Positions 1 through 8,424 of a stretch of 62,958 bases of DNA are shown here, piece by piece. Numbering within the stretch: position 1 is the first letter of the stretch; each line of letters opens with the position of its first letter. The position numbers and the translations under genes were made by a program. Under the pieces are notes generated by a model that saw only the letters and a list, made by a program, of their open reading frames with translations, was not told the origin of the DNA and searched no databases. Origin of the DNA: a virus (Duplodnaviria; Caudoviricetes); IMG/VR virus record IMGVR_UViG_3300044648_000169, positions 1-62,958 of that record. The stretch is one strand, 5' to 3'.

Positions 1-2
1 TG

Positions 3-155
3 GCTTCGTGCCCCGAGCTGACGCCCTTGGCCGATCCGAGCTTCGGGGCGACAACCCTGAAGCTGGTGGAAGTGGCGGGGCAGTACCTTGAATGCCGCAC
101 CGCGGCGCTCGCGGGCCCGCGCGGCGGCCTCGACGGCGGAAGGCTCGACCACTGA
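3..155 (+). CDS. 3' fragment of an Rz1-like o-spanin (probably from a different phage)
   Basis: Manual translation ASCPELTPLADPSFGATTLKLVEVAGQYLECRTAAL...* shows the two-Cys pattern I recall from betaproteobacterial phage o-spanins; truncated by the window start. Confidence 0.55.
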   Translation, partial: ASCPELTPLADPSFGATTLKLVEVAGQYLECRTAALAGPRGGLDGGRLDH

Positions 156-339
156 GCATTACCGCACGGCGCTGCGCAAGGGCTGGCGCCTCACGGAATG
201 CGAACTTGAGAACGCCTGGGCCGCAGCAAAGATCGTGTGGTCAACCCAGGGCCTGGAGGGTGGCTCGGAGCGCTACTACGCGCTGGCGCGGATCCTCGAA
301 GACCGCTTGATGGAGAAGTGGCGGCTGCGGCACACGTAG
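88..339 (+). CDS. hypothetical protein
   Basis: 83-aa ORF whose stop abuts the 86-bp repeat; true start uncertain. Confidence 0.4.
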   Translation: MNAAPRRSRARAAASTAEGSTTEHYRTALRKGWRLTECELENAWAAAKIVWSTQGLEGGSERYYALARILEDRLMEKWRLRHT

Positions 340-425
340 GGTGAGGGCGGCCGGTGCTGAATTCCGGCATTTGGCGTGCACTCCACACCGGCATCCTTCG
401 ATGGAACAAGGGCCAGAACATCCAG
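340..425 (+). repeat. 86-bp direct repeat, left copy
   Basis: Identical to 62873-62958 (ggtgagggcggccggtgctgaattccggc...agaacatccag); upstream flanks differ. Confidence 0.95.
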
Positions 426-487
426 GCGGTCTTTCTCCGCAGCCCTTCTCAGTCCGGTCGCGCATCAGCCTGCGCATTCACCCTCAC
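341..487 (-). ncRNA. C4-antisense-like structured RNA, copy 1
   Basis: Minus strand GTGAATGCGCAGGCTGATGCGC-[variable]-GCCGGAATTCAGCACCGGCC, closed by gtgaggg/ccctcac stem; resembles the C4 RNA consensus as I recall it. Confidence 0.6.
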
Positions 488-563
488 GGCTGCGGCCCGG
501 CACGGGGCTCCGGCTATCCCGGCTGTTGTTGCAGTGAGCGCAAACGAGCCGCATGCGTGAAGG

Positions 564-649
564 TTGAGGGCGGCCGGAGCTGATCCCGGCGTGTGACTGC
601 ATTGCTCTGCACGGCTTGCTGCGCATCAGCCTGCGCGATTCACCCTCAA
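564..649 (-). ncRNA. C4-antisense-like structured RNA, copy 2
   Basis: Same scaffold (GCGCAGGCTGATGCGC...GCCGGGATCAGCTCCGGCC; ttgaggg/ccctcaa stem) with a shorter, different variable loop. Confidence 0.6.
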
Positions 650-898
650 GTCTGCCGCCAGACTCCATCCTCGGGCGCTTGGCAGCGCGTCGAGGCGTTT
701 GGTGCAACTCGGCGCCAGCGGCAGACTTGAGAGGGCCGCTTACGCCGGCCAGTCGGGGAACCTTCAGAGACGTCTTGTATGTTTCGCGCGCCGCTTGGTC
801 ATCTTTCCCGTTGCTCCAACTATCGGATTGAACCGGACCCCTGTCGGGGGTCGTGTCTCAGCTCTTCCACCACGTCGCTTTCGTCTCCGCGCGCCGCG

Positions 899-927
899 AT
901 TGTCACACCGCGTGCCGCGTGCGTAAA
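899..927 (-). promoter_or_regulatory. putative sigma70 promoter for the ncRNA cluster
   Basis: TTTACG-17nt-GACAAT on the minus strand. Confidence 0.45.
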
Positions 928-958
928 GCAAAAAGGGCAGCTGATCAAGCTGCCCTTC
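924..958 (-). terminator. intrinsic terminator
   Basis: aagggcagct/agctgccctt stem followed by TTTTGCTTT on the minus strand. Confidence 0.65.
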
Positions 959-1052
959 TGCCGCTGGTCTGGCCACGTCAACCCTTTCGGCCAGTCGTCT
1001 CCGGGTTACCAGCGTCTGCGCATGCCTCATTATGCCGCAAAGTTAATAGTCT

Positions 1053-1265
1053 TTACCAGACCCTGAGCCAGCGCCACGCGACCTGCAGCCAAAGCCACGG
1101 GTGCATCAGCGGCGTGCCGGCCATCCAGGCGGGAATCGTCCCCTCGATGACGGTGACGTCCAGGCCGTCCCCGATCCAGTCTGGCAGGTGGGCCGGGTCG
1201 CCCTTGAACGAGAAGGCCCAGGTGTGATGCTTGCCGCGCACGACGACGGTCATGGGTTGCTTCAT
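1053..1265 (-). CDS. hypothetical phage protein
   Basis: 70-aa ORF, last gene of the minus-strand operon. Confidence 0.6.
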   Translation of the reverse strand: MKQPMTVVVRGKHHTWAFSFKGDPAHLPDWIGDGLDVTVIEGTIPAWMAGTPLMHPWLWLQVAWRWLRVW

Positions 1266-1299
1266 GCTTCGCTTTCCGGGGTCGACTGGGCCAGTTTCA

Positions 1300-1617
1300 T
1301 CACATTCCCCTGTCAGGAAGCTTCCGCGCTTGCCTGATGCTAGAAACAGCGGACTCGCGGTAGTAGGCGAGATCCTCTGCGTTCTTGTGCCCAGGCAGCC
1401 AATGCATCACGGCATCGTCTGGGCAGGATCCGAAGCACGCCAGGCAGAAGGCGCCCAAGCCGCCCTCAACCCATGCCTGCATCGTCTCGTTGTTGTGAGC
1501 GTGGACCATCTCGCCACACGCCTCGCAATTGATGTCTTCGTGCGCCAGTGGGTGATCCTCCGGCAAGCAGTCCTCGATGCCGGCGTGAAGAATCGGTTCT
1601 CGTGCGTAGTCGGTCAT
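1300..1617 (-). CDS. hypothetical protein with CxxC pairs
   Basis: CEAC...CLAC; start overlaps the upstream stop. Confidence 0.6.
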   Translation of the reverse strand: MTDYAREPILHAGIEDCLPEDHPLAHEDINCEACGEMVHAHNNETMQAWVEGGLGAFCLACFGSCPDDAVMHWLPGHKNAEDLAYYRESAVSSIRQARKLPDRGM

Positions 1618-1847
1618 CGCCCCTCTCCTTGATCTGGTGCTGGGGATGGATGGGAGGCTGCTGTCAACTCATAGAGGATGGCAGCGCGCAGGGCGGCTCT
1701 CGATGACTTAAGCCACCTCATCGCTGGGGCTGCGTGGCTGGCAGCGCGCAGAATTCCGAACTCCACAGCGGCTGACGCCTTCTCGATGTCGTCGACCATG
1801 CGCATGAGTTCTTCGGTCTTCGCGGCCGGGGTCATTTGGCCGTCCAT
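1614..1847 (-). CDS. hypothetical phage protein
   Basis: MDGQMTP start, coupled to neighbours. Confidence 0.55.
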   Translation of the reverse strand: MDGQMTPAAKTEELMRMVDDIEKASAAVEFGILRAASHAAPAMRWLKSSRAALRAAILYELTAASHPSPAPDQGEGR

Positions 1848-2230
1848 CACTGCTCCTTCCCTGCTGTCGCAGGCGGCTCGTCGTCGGCCGGCTTCTGCGG
1901 CCACCACTTCGACTCGCCAACAACGCGAATCGTCGGGCGGTACATGCCGCCAGATAGCGCAGCGCTCATCACCTCGTTGCGGATGCGCTCGCCATCCTCG
2001 GCTGAGGCGTCAACCGGCGCGCTGAAGTCCATGCCCCAACCGCTGTTGGCGCGCTCAATCGGCTGCCACGCTCCCCGCGCCTCATCCAGAGCTTTGGCTA
2101 TGGCGGTGCGCAGGGCGGTGCGGGCTCGTTCCATCTCTTCTTCGGCCTCGGCGCCTTTCAGCACCCAGTCCGTTTGCGCGATGGCAAAGTCGCTCGCCAG
2201 CCGCATCAGTTCGTCAAGGTGGTTGGTCAT
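1847..2230 (-). CDS. hypothetical phage protein
   Basis: Coupled ORF with the WQPIE motif common in nin-type genes. Confidence 0.6.
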   Translation of the reverse strand: MTNHLDELMRLASDFAIAQTDWVLKGAEAEEEMERARTALRTAIAKALDEARGAWQPIERANSGWGMDFSAPVDASAEDGERIRNEVMSAALSGGMYRPTIRVVGESKWWPQKPADDEPPATAGKEQ

Positions 2231-2646
2231 GGGTGGTCCTCGTCGTACTGCTCATCGGTGCTGAAGCTGTAGCTAACTCGCGTGCTCACCGAGAAGTCCC
2301 CGTCGCACTGAGGGCACGTCACCTCGTGTTCGCCTTCCTCGTACAGGCGCCACCACTCGTTCTCGCTGACGTCGCACACTTCGCCGCAGTGCGGACACTT
2401 CGGCTGGTCGGCGCCCCAGTAGCCATCAGGCGCGTAGCCTTCGGCCTCTTTGGCCTGCTTCAGGGCAGCGAACTTTTCCATCTTCTCGGTGGGCGCCATT
2501 TGGTTGTCGTCCTCATCCTCGTCAGCGTGGTCGTCCAGGTCGAACACTTCGCCACAGGCGGCGCAGCGCTGCATGCGGTCGTCGCCCGGGTCGTCCTCGT
2601 CATCGAACTGATACACGGTCTTGCAGCCGCAAGCAGGGCACGCCAT
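2227..2646 (-). CDS. Zn-ribbon protein
   Basis: MACPACGC...CAAC...CPHC...CPQC. Confidence 0.6.
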   Translation of the reverse strand: MACPACGCKTVYQFDDEDDPGDDRMQRCAACGEVFDLDDHADEDEDDNQMAPTEKMEKFAALKQAKEAEGYAPDGYWGADQPKCPHCGEVCDVSENEWWRLYEEGEHEVTCPQCDGDFSVSTRVSYSFSTDEQYDEDHP

Positions 2647-2940
2647 CACACCCCCTCCCTGGCGTCGGCAAGAGATGCGCGGGGCTGCTGCCCCTCCGCG
2701 TCGGTCCTGATGGCGGCGGCGAGTTCTTTCCGGCCTTGCGGGCCGAGCCAATGCGGAAAGGACTCGACCCACCTGCGCCGCGCGTTCCACAGCGGCAGCC
2801 ACTTCGGCGGCGAGCTGGGCGGCGGTGTAGAGCGAAGTCCGCGGCAGTCCGCCAGACATGGGCGCGTCCATGGTTGGATATGGGTACTGCGCATGGACGA
2901 TCCACGCCACCGGCTCGCAACTCGGCTTCCACTCAGCCAT
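2646..2940 (-). pseudogene. hypothetical protein with apparent +1 frameshift
   Basis: 295 nt (3n+1); MAEWKP...VERAAQ joins WVESFPHWLGPQGRKELAAAIR if one G near 2772 is removed. Confidence 0.5.
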
Positions 2941-3793
2941 TGCTCGCCTCCCCCTCGCTGCCGGCATGGCGAATGCCGAGCCATGCTGCATTCAGCTTTG
3001 ACTCAAGGTGGGCGCGCATACGGGCAAGACCCTCTTGGTTCATATGCCCCTCGCCTACGATGTCCCCGATGATCGACAACAGTTCGTTGTAGTCCGCCAA
3101 CCCCTCCCCCGCTCCACGCTGTGCCTGCCCTGCGGCCTCCACAACACCATCAATGGCCGCTACCGCCCCGCGCCGTGCTCGCCCGTCAGCGACGGGCCCC
3201 AGAAGCGCCTCACGAGCTTGGAACAGTGCTTTGTACCCACCGGCGGGAAGGGCGCCCCACTGCTTGTTGTCGCGGGCCCAGCGGAGCAGAGCGTTCACAT
3301 TGAGGGGCTGCCCTGCGGCTTGCTGGGGGGTGGCAACGCAACGACCTTCAATCTCGCAAGACATTGCATCCGGGCACGTTCCGTGAACCGAGCACTTCGG
3401 CCCCACCGCCTCGGCTTGCGCCCGCTGTGCTGGGGGATGGGAGGCTGCGACTTCGCGCCCCTTCCGGTCAGAGGCGATGAACTTGGCCGCCGCCCGGTAG
3501 CAGGCATTCCAGCCGTCGCGCCAGTCAGGTGGCACATGGGATGCGTCCGGGTGGAACGGCGCGAACTCGTTGCCGACCTTCCAATCCTGCCCCGCCGCTG
3601 GCTCATCGGGGGCGGGCTGAATGGTGCAGTACCGATAGTCCGTGTCGCGGCAGGCGCCTGGGGTGTCGCAGCGGTCGCAATACTTGCGTGGCGCCCCTTG
3701 AGCGGGCTCGGGGGCGGGCTGGGCGCGGAGGGCGGCAGGGGCCTGCTGTCTCGCGTGCTTAAAAAGCGCCTTCAATTGCTCGTTGATGCTCAC
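2933..3793 (-). CDS. hypothetical mosaic phage protein
   Basis: GTG start coupled to the upstream stop; Cys clusters, DGWNAC motif. Confidence 0.6.
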   Translation of the reverse strand: MSINEQLKALFKHARQQAPAALRAQPAPEPAQGAPRKYCDRCDTPGACRDTDYRYCTIQPAPDEPAAGQDWKVGNEFAPFHPDASHVPPDWRDGWNACYRAAAKFIASDRKGREVAASHPPAQRAQAEAVGPKCSVHGTCPDAMSCEIEGRCVATPQQAAGQPLNVNALLRWARDNKQWGALPAGGYKALFQAREALLGPVADGRARRGAVAAIDGVVEAAGQAQRGAGEGLADYNELLSIIGDIVGEGHMNQEGLARMRAHLESKLNAAWLGIRHAGSEGEASNG

Positions 3794-4020
3794 GTCTGGC
3801 TCCTGGGTTCTGGGCGAGTGCAATCAGTGCAGTGCTCTGGCGGGTTACTGTCGGTGCCGCCACAATAGGCACACACGAACTTTTCTCGCATCTTTTGGTG
3901 CTGCGCGCAGAGGTTTGACGCCACGGTTTGGCGCCGCCCACAACGGGCTTCACTCCGGTCACGAAGGGTGATGGTCCACTCACACCGCGTTTCGTCTGGC
4001 GCGTCGATGAACCGGCTCAC
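3790..4020 (-). CDS. small Cys-rich protein
   Basis: VSRFIDAPDE...CAYC...HCTDC; coupled ORF. Confidence 0.55.
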   Translation of the reverse strand: MSRFIDAPDETRCEWTITLRDRSEARCGRRQTVASNLCAQHQKMREKFVCAYCGGTDSNPPEHCTDCTRPEPRSQT

Positions 4021-4571
4021 GTCTGGCTCCCTTCGGCGGGTGGGTGGGGGAGGGCGGCGCGGGCTTGCCAGACGAACCACGCCAACGACGTTTCCGCTTC
4101 GCGGTAGTCGCCGCTCCTGCCTCGGGTCAGGAGCCATCGCAACTCGTCCAAGCGTTCTTCGTCGCCGTGGTTGCGGTCGAGCCACCACGCCTCAAACGCC
4201 TCTCGCTCCCCCTGCGCTGGCGGCTCCTGGGAGAGGGCGCGCACATGACCGCGACAGTCTTCGAGGATCGCCCTAGCAAACTGCCGCCATCCCCACGCCT
4301 TGCAGAAGCCTCGGATGCCTTCTGGCATGCCCTTCACCACCAAGTCGGCGATGTGGTCGATGCGCTCGTCCGTCAGCTCGGCCGGCCCTGCAACTTCTGG
4401 CTCGCGGGCTAGGGTGGCGATCAACTCTTCGACAACGCCGAACTTCTTCACCAGCGCGTCGCGGACGTCGAACGATTCTTCAGGCGCCAAGCGTGCCCCG
4501 AGTTCGGCGCAAATGTCGTTCAGCGCCTCTTTCGCCGCCTCCGCTGCGGCTCGCAGGGTGTCGTGGGTCAT
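4017..4571 (-). CDS. hypothetical phage protein
   Basis: EREAFEAW...WQARAA motifs typical of nin-type genes. Confidence 0.65.
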   Translation of the reverse strand: MTHDTLRAAAEAAKEALNDICAELGARLAPEESFDVRDALVKKFGVVEELIATLAREPEVAGPAELTDERIDHIADLVVKGMPEGIRGFCKAWGWRQFARAILEDCRGHVRALSQEPPAQGEREAFEAWWLDRNHGDEERLDELRWLLTRGRSGDYREAETSLAWFVWQARAALPHPPAEGSQT

Positions 4572-4819
4572 TGCTGCGGCTCCAGTTCGGGCCCGAGTGG
4601 CATGCAGCCTTCTTCGGGGTAGTCGGCCATGTAGGCGACGTGCTTGGTGAAGATGCGGCGGCCGGTCTCTTCGTCTTTGGTGCCGTCCTCCGGGCAGACG
4701 GCGATGACCACTTCAGCCTCTAGATCGTCGCCTTCGGGCAGGCTGTTCTGGTGAAGCGTGAGCCCGGCGAATCCGGCGAGGTCGATGATCTCGGCAATGG
4801 TCAGTTGAATCGCGCTCAT
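4568..4819 (-). CDS. hypothetical protein
   Basis: Coupled 83-aa ORF. Confidence 0.6.
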   Translation of the reverse strand: MSAIQLTIAEIIDLAGFAGLTLHQNSLPEGDDLEAEVVIAVCPEDGTKDEETGRRIFTKHVAYMADYPEEGCMPLGPELEPQQ

Positions 4820-5058
4820 TGCTTCACTCCATGCTTGGTAAGGGCGGCGCGGGCAAGGTTTCCTATGCGCGGCAGTTCAAGCCAGTCATCTGGCGTGGTC
4901 AGCCTCTCAATCGCCTGCAACGCTTCGCTCAGCGCCACAATGGCCTCGTGCTGGCGGCGGAGTTCGGCGGCGGCTTCGAGCCTCGCGCCAGGCCGGCTCG
5001 GCCATGGCCCTAAAAGGTCATCCGCCAACACCAGCGCCCTGGGCTTTGCTTCACTCAT
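4816..5058 (-). CDS. hypothetical phage protein
   Basis: MSEAKPRAL...AAAELRRQHE motif. Confidence 0.6.
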   Translation of the reverse strand: MSEAKPRALVLADDLLGPWPSRPGARLEAAAELRRQHEAIVALSEALQAIERLTTPDDWLELPRIGNLARAALTKHGVKQ

Positions 5059-5563
5059 GGTGGGCTCCTGTGGCGCGGGCGGCTCCAGATCCACCGCACG
5101 TCTCGCATGTCTGATAGCCGCCGCTGAATTGGCCACCGACAGTCCCCTCCCCATGGCAGTCGGGGCACTTCCCCTTGTCAATCCAGGCCTGGCGCTCAGC
5201 GATGTAGTCGGCGAGGAAACTGCGGGCCGCCGCTTCGGACGTCTTTTCCCGCTTCGGCGCGGCCGGCTGCTTGTCGGCGCCTTTGGGGTTCATCGCTGAA
5301 TCGATGGCGGCGCGGGCCTGCTGAACCTCAAGGTGGCTGTCATCACCACCAGAGCACCCGGCGAAGCGGAGAAGGCTCTCCAGCGCTTCACGCAACCTCG
5401 CCGCATCCATCCTCATCCGCTCCAGCTCTGCCTCAAGCGGGGCGAGGGCTGCGCGGGCGTAGGCGTGCATCTGTTCGGCGGTGAACACGTCGTACAAGTG
5501 GTCGTCAGCGTGGGTGCAGTACGAGTCGCACTCCGGCAGCGGCGGCAGTTCTGTCTTGGTCAT
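5051..5563 (-). CDS. hypothetical protein with C-terminal CxxCxGxG repeats
   Basis: MTKTELPPLP...AEQMHAYARA; CPDCHGEG...CETCGGSG. Confidence 0.6.
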   Translation of the reverse strand: MTKTELPPLPECDSYCTHADDHLYDVFTAEQMHAYARAALAPLEAELERMRMDAARLREALESLLRFAGCSGGDDSHLEVQQARAAIDSAMNPKGADKQPAAPKREKTSEAAARSFLADYIAERQAWIDKGKCPDCHGEGTVGGQFSGGYQTCETCGGSGAARATGAHHE

Positions 5564-5647
5564 GTGGGGGTGTCCTGTCTGCGATTTATGGTAGCACCGA
5601 TAATGCCGAATCATCAAGACTTTTCGTGCTACTGATAAGATGTGTGC

Positions 5648-5830
5648 ATGGAAGAGAAGAAGTCCCGCGGCAGGCCCCCTGCGCCGCCCGATGAAAAGCT
5701 GGTGTTGCGGTCCATCCGGCTCACCCGGCCGCACTGGGCCAAGATCGACGCTGCCGGCATGGAAGCCTTCCGTGAGTACATCGCGCGCTGGCGGCCGAAG
5801 CCAAAGGATCAGGCGTCTTCCAAGAAGTAG
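5648..5830 (+). CDS. small ribbon-helix-helix-like DNA-binding protein
   Basis: RGRPP...RSIRLT motif; counter-oriented gene with an AT-rich divergent intergenic region. Confidence 0.6.
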   Translation: MEEKKSRGRPPAPPDEKLVLRSIRLTRPHWAKIDAAGMEAFREYIARWRPKPKDQASSKK

Positions 5831-6402
5831 CGCGACGTGAACATCGGCCGCGTCTTGGCCACCGGCGGATCGCTCTCGTACTCGTCCACCAACTCCTGCG
5901 CCCTGGCCATCACCTTCAGCGCCATCTCCATGCGCTCGATGGTCTTGTTCAAGCCACGGATGCGGTCTTCGATGAGCCCGTCCACAGCGCTGGGCTTTCC
6001 GTCCTTGCGGCGGATCTTCTTCAGCCGGCGGGTGAGCTTGGCCACGTTGTTGGTGGCGAGCTTGCGGTGAGCGGCCTGCTCTGCTTGCTGGTGGGCCAGG
6101 ACGCGGCGCACGGCACCCAGCATGTCGTCGTCTTCGCCGGTGACCGCCCGGCTGAACAGTTCCATCACCATGCCGCCGGCCTGCTGCTCGATCGTCGGCG
6201 CTGGCTTGTCGTCGCCGGTGGCGTCATAGCGGGCCCTGCTTTCCGGGTCGCCGAGCACCTGCATGGCGCGGTTCAGGGCCTGCTGGGCTTCGTCGCTGCC
6301 GCCCTTGTCGGGATGCGCGGCAGAGCTGGCTTTGCGGTAGGCCTTCTTGATGGTGTCAGCGTCAGCATCGGACGGCACACCGAGGGTGTCGTAGTGGGTC
6401 AT
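5809..6402 (-). CDS. J-domain (DnaJ-like) protein
   Basis: HYDTLGV...IKKAYR...HPDKGG...VLGDPESRARYD. Confidence 0.85.
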   Translation of the reverse strand: MTHYDTLGVPSDADADTIKKAYRKASSAAHPDKGGSDEAQQALNRAMQVLGDPESRARYDATGDDKPAPTIEQQAGGMVMELFSRAVTGEDDDMLGAVRRVLAHQQAEQAAHRKLATNNVAKLTRRLKKIRRKDGKPSAVDGLIEDRIRGLNKTIERMEMALKVMARAQELVDEYESDPPVAKTRPMFTSRYFLEDA

Positions 6403-6659
6403 GCTGGCACTCCTTCGGGCTTGCCGGCCCAGGTCAGCGTTTCGTCTTCGCCGTCGTTGTCGCGGATTGGGCGGAGTTCGTAGTCGTAGGTCCACGGTTC
6501 CCAACAAGGGCCGACCGCAGTCACGCCGGGGTGGCCGTGGTAGCGAATAACCCATGTCCCAGGCCGGTGCGCTTGACCCAGGACCAATACGATGCGGCCG
6601 ATGTTTTCTGGGTTGTCGGCAGCTACGACCACCGCCAGATCGCCAGGCTTGCAGTTCAT
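6399..6659 (-). CDS. hypothetical phage protein
   Basis: MNCKPGDLAVVV...LRPIRD, a recurrent phage small-protein pattern. Confidence 0.65.
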   Translation of the reverse strand: MNCKPGDLAVVVAADNPENIGRIVLVLGQAHRPGTWVIRYHGHPGVTAVGPCWEPWTYDYELRPIRDNDGEDETLTWAGKPEGVPA

Positions 6660-6841
6660 GCCTTCGCCCCCCTCGCCCACTGCCGCACCTGGCTGGCGTC
6701 CCACTTCCGGTTTCGCCGGCTGTAGTTCACGACCGGCTGCGGGAAGCCGGGCTGCTTGGTCAGCCGGTCAGTGACGTGCTTGCGGCCCACGCCCAGGAAG
6801 GTAGCGATGTGCTCGGTGGTCCACTTTTCGTTGTCGATCAT
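6656..6841 (-). CDS. AlpA/excisionase-like winged-helix protein
   Basis: IATFLGVGRKHVTDRLTKQPGFPQP...RKWDASQVRQW. Confidence 0.7.
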   Translation of the reverse strand: MIDNEKWTTEHIATFLGVGRKHVTDRLTKQPGFPQPVVNYSRRNRKWDASQVRQWARGAKA

Positions 6842-6849
6842 GGTGCTGC

Positions 6850-7422
6850 TCACTTCAAACGCTCCCCGCGCGAAAGCGCGGTTTTCATGTCTTGCTCGAT
6901 CCGGTCCATCAGGCGGTCGAACTCCGAGGCCAGCCAGCGCGCGGCCTGCCAGTGCGGGCCGGCGAGGTTGTCCAGTGGCGTGCGCCCTTCCCCGCCGCAT
7001 GGCTTGCACGGGCGCGCGCTGGTGACCTGGGCGCCGGGGTAGACCAACTCCACCTTGCGGCCCTGGCAGTGCGGGCAGACCTTGCGCAGCCACCAGCGCA
7101 GCGTCACGTTGCAGGTCTGCAGCAGGTCACGGCGGGTGATGCGGCGGTCGATGTCCCCTCCCCTGCGGCAGGACTCGCTGCGCACCCAGCGATAGGCGTA
7201 CTCGGCCATCACCGGCAGATTGGCGGTGTCGCCCGTCACCAGCATCCGGTAGAGCATCAGCGCCTGGCGTCCCTTCTCGTCGGCGCGTGCGGCGTAGCCG
7301 GCGGCCAGGAGGAAATCGGCGTCGCGTCGGCCTTCATCCAGCGACAGGCGGCTGGGGCGAAGGTCGCTGCTGCGGGTCGCTTGCGCGTACCTCTCGAGCA
7401 GGGTGGCTTTGTCGTCGCTCAC
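6850..7422 (-). CDS. antiterminator Q-like protein
   Basis: WWLRKVCPHCQGR...CKPCGGEG Zn finger; located after ninG. Confidence 0.6.
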   Translation of the reverse strand: MSDDKATLLERYAQATRSSDLRPSRLSLDEGRRDADFLLAAGYAARADEKGRQALMLYRMLVTGDTANLPVMAEYAYRWVRSESCRRGGDIDRRITRRDLLQTCNVTLRWWLRKVCPHCQGRKVELVYPGAQVTSARPCKPCGGEGRTPLDNLAGPHWQAARWLASEFDRLMDRIEQDMKTALSRGERLK

Positions 7423-7589
7423 GGTGCGGCATCCTTGTTTTGCGGGTCTTGCGGTTGCAGGCTCTTCAACCGGTCCGCCTCGGCCTTCAGTTGCCCGATC
7501 ACCTGGTGCTGCATCGTTGCGGTCTCGTGGGCCTTGCGCAGTTCGTTGGCGAGGTAGGCCAGGGTTTGCAGGAGGTCAGGTTGGTTCAT
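7419..7589 (-). CDS. small coiled-coil protein
   Basis: MNQPDLLQTL; coupled ORF. Confidence 0.5.
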   Translation of the reverse strand: MNQPDLLQTLAYLANELRKAHETATMQHQVIGQLKAEADRLKSLQPQDPQNKDAAP

Positions 7590-7843
7590 GCCGTCCCCGT
7601 GTGGCGCTCGACGTACTCGTGCTGTAGCCAGGCGAGTGACCCGAGCATTTCGTACACGTTGTCGTGGTGGTCGGCCCAGGTGGTGAACCGGCTGGCTCCG
7701 CCGTCCCCATAGCCGGCGCCGATGAAGGACTGCAGCCGGCCCGCCTTTGCGAAAGCCAGCAAGTCCTCCAGGCTTTGGATGAGCGCGGCGTTCGGCGCGT
7801 CGGCCTCCGGCACCACCGCCCCGTTGATGGCAACCACCTTCAT
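7586..7843 (-). CDS. hypothetical phage protein
   Basis: MKVVAING...LEDLLAFAKAGRLQS. Confidence 0.6.
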   Translation of the reverse strand: MKVVAINGAVVPEADAPNAALIQSLEDLLAFAKAGRLQSFIGAGYGDGGASRFTTWADHHDNVYEMLGSLAWLQHEYVERHTGTA

Positions 7844-8424
7844 GCCTTCTCCAGTTCCCGGCGCTTGGCCGCAAAGGTCCGCTTGATTTCCTTGAGGTCG
7901 TCCACGCTGTAGTGCCGTGGCGCTTGGTCGGACTCCAAGGCTTCGACGGCTTCGAGGCCGATGCGGGCGATGAGGCCAAGTCGGTAATCGACGGCCCGGC
8001 CGGCGCCCCACCGGTTGCACTGCTTTCGCTGGCCGTGGGCATTGGTCTCCACGAAGCGCAAGCCAGGCGCGCTGCCGACGCTGCGGTAGTGGCCGCAGTC
8101 GAACTTGCCTCCCACGTCGCCTGCGCTCAACGGCTGGCCGCAGCAGATGCAAGGCTTGCCGGCATCGCGGGCGCGGATGTAGGCGTTGAACTCGCGCTGA
8201 GCGGCCTTGATGTAGTCGCTGCGCGTGAGCAACTTCGCCTTGCGCTCGCGCAGCGCCTTGCGCTCCAGCACCTGCTGCCGCTTCTCTTCCTTGGCCCGCT
8301 CGGACTTGGCCAGGGACAGGGCGCAATCCACGCCGCAAACCTTGACCATGCTGTTGCGCGGCCAGAAAGGATTGCGGCAAACCTTGCAGGTCTTGTCTTT
8401 GAGCGGCTTGCGTTCGAGGGTCAT
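7840..8424 (-). CDS. ninG: NinG/Rap recombination endonuclease
   Basis: AQREFNAYIRARD..PCICCG...DCGHYRSVG..LRF..NAHGQ..CN. Confidence 0.9.
   Translation of the reverse strand: MTLERKPLKDKTCKVCRNPFWPRNSMVKVCGVDCALSLAKSERAKEEKRQQVLERKALRERKAKLLTRSDYIKAAQREFNAYIRARDAGKPCICCGQPLSAGDVGGKFDCGHYRSVGSAPGLRFVETNAHGQRKQCNRWGAGRAVDYRLGLIARIGLEAVEALESDQAPRHYSVDDLKEIKRTFAAKRRELEKA

Noticed and set aside
340-425. 86-bp repeats as attL/attR
   Set aside because: A better attP with a tRNA-like core and arm repeats on both sides sits next to int; the 86-bp repeat is part of an ncRNA-like element
341-731. CRISPR array
   Set aside because: Only two units, a bipartite scaffold, unequal inserts and no cas genes
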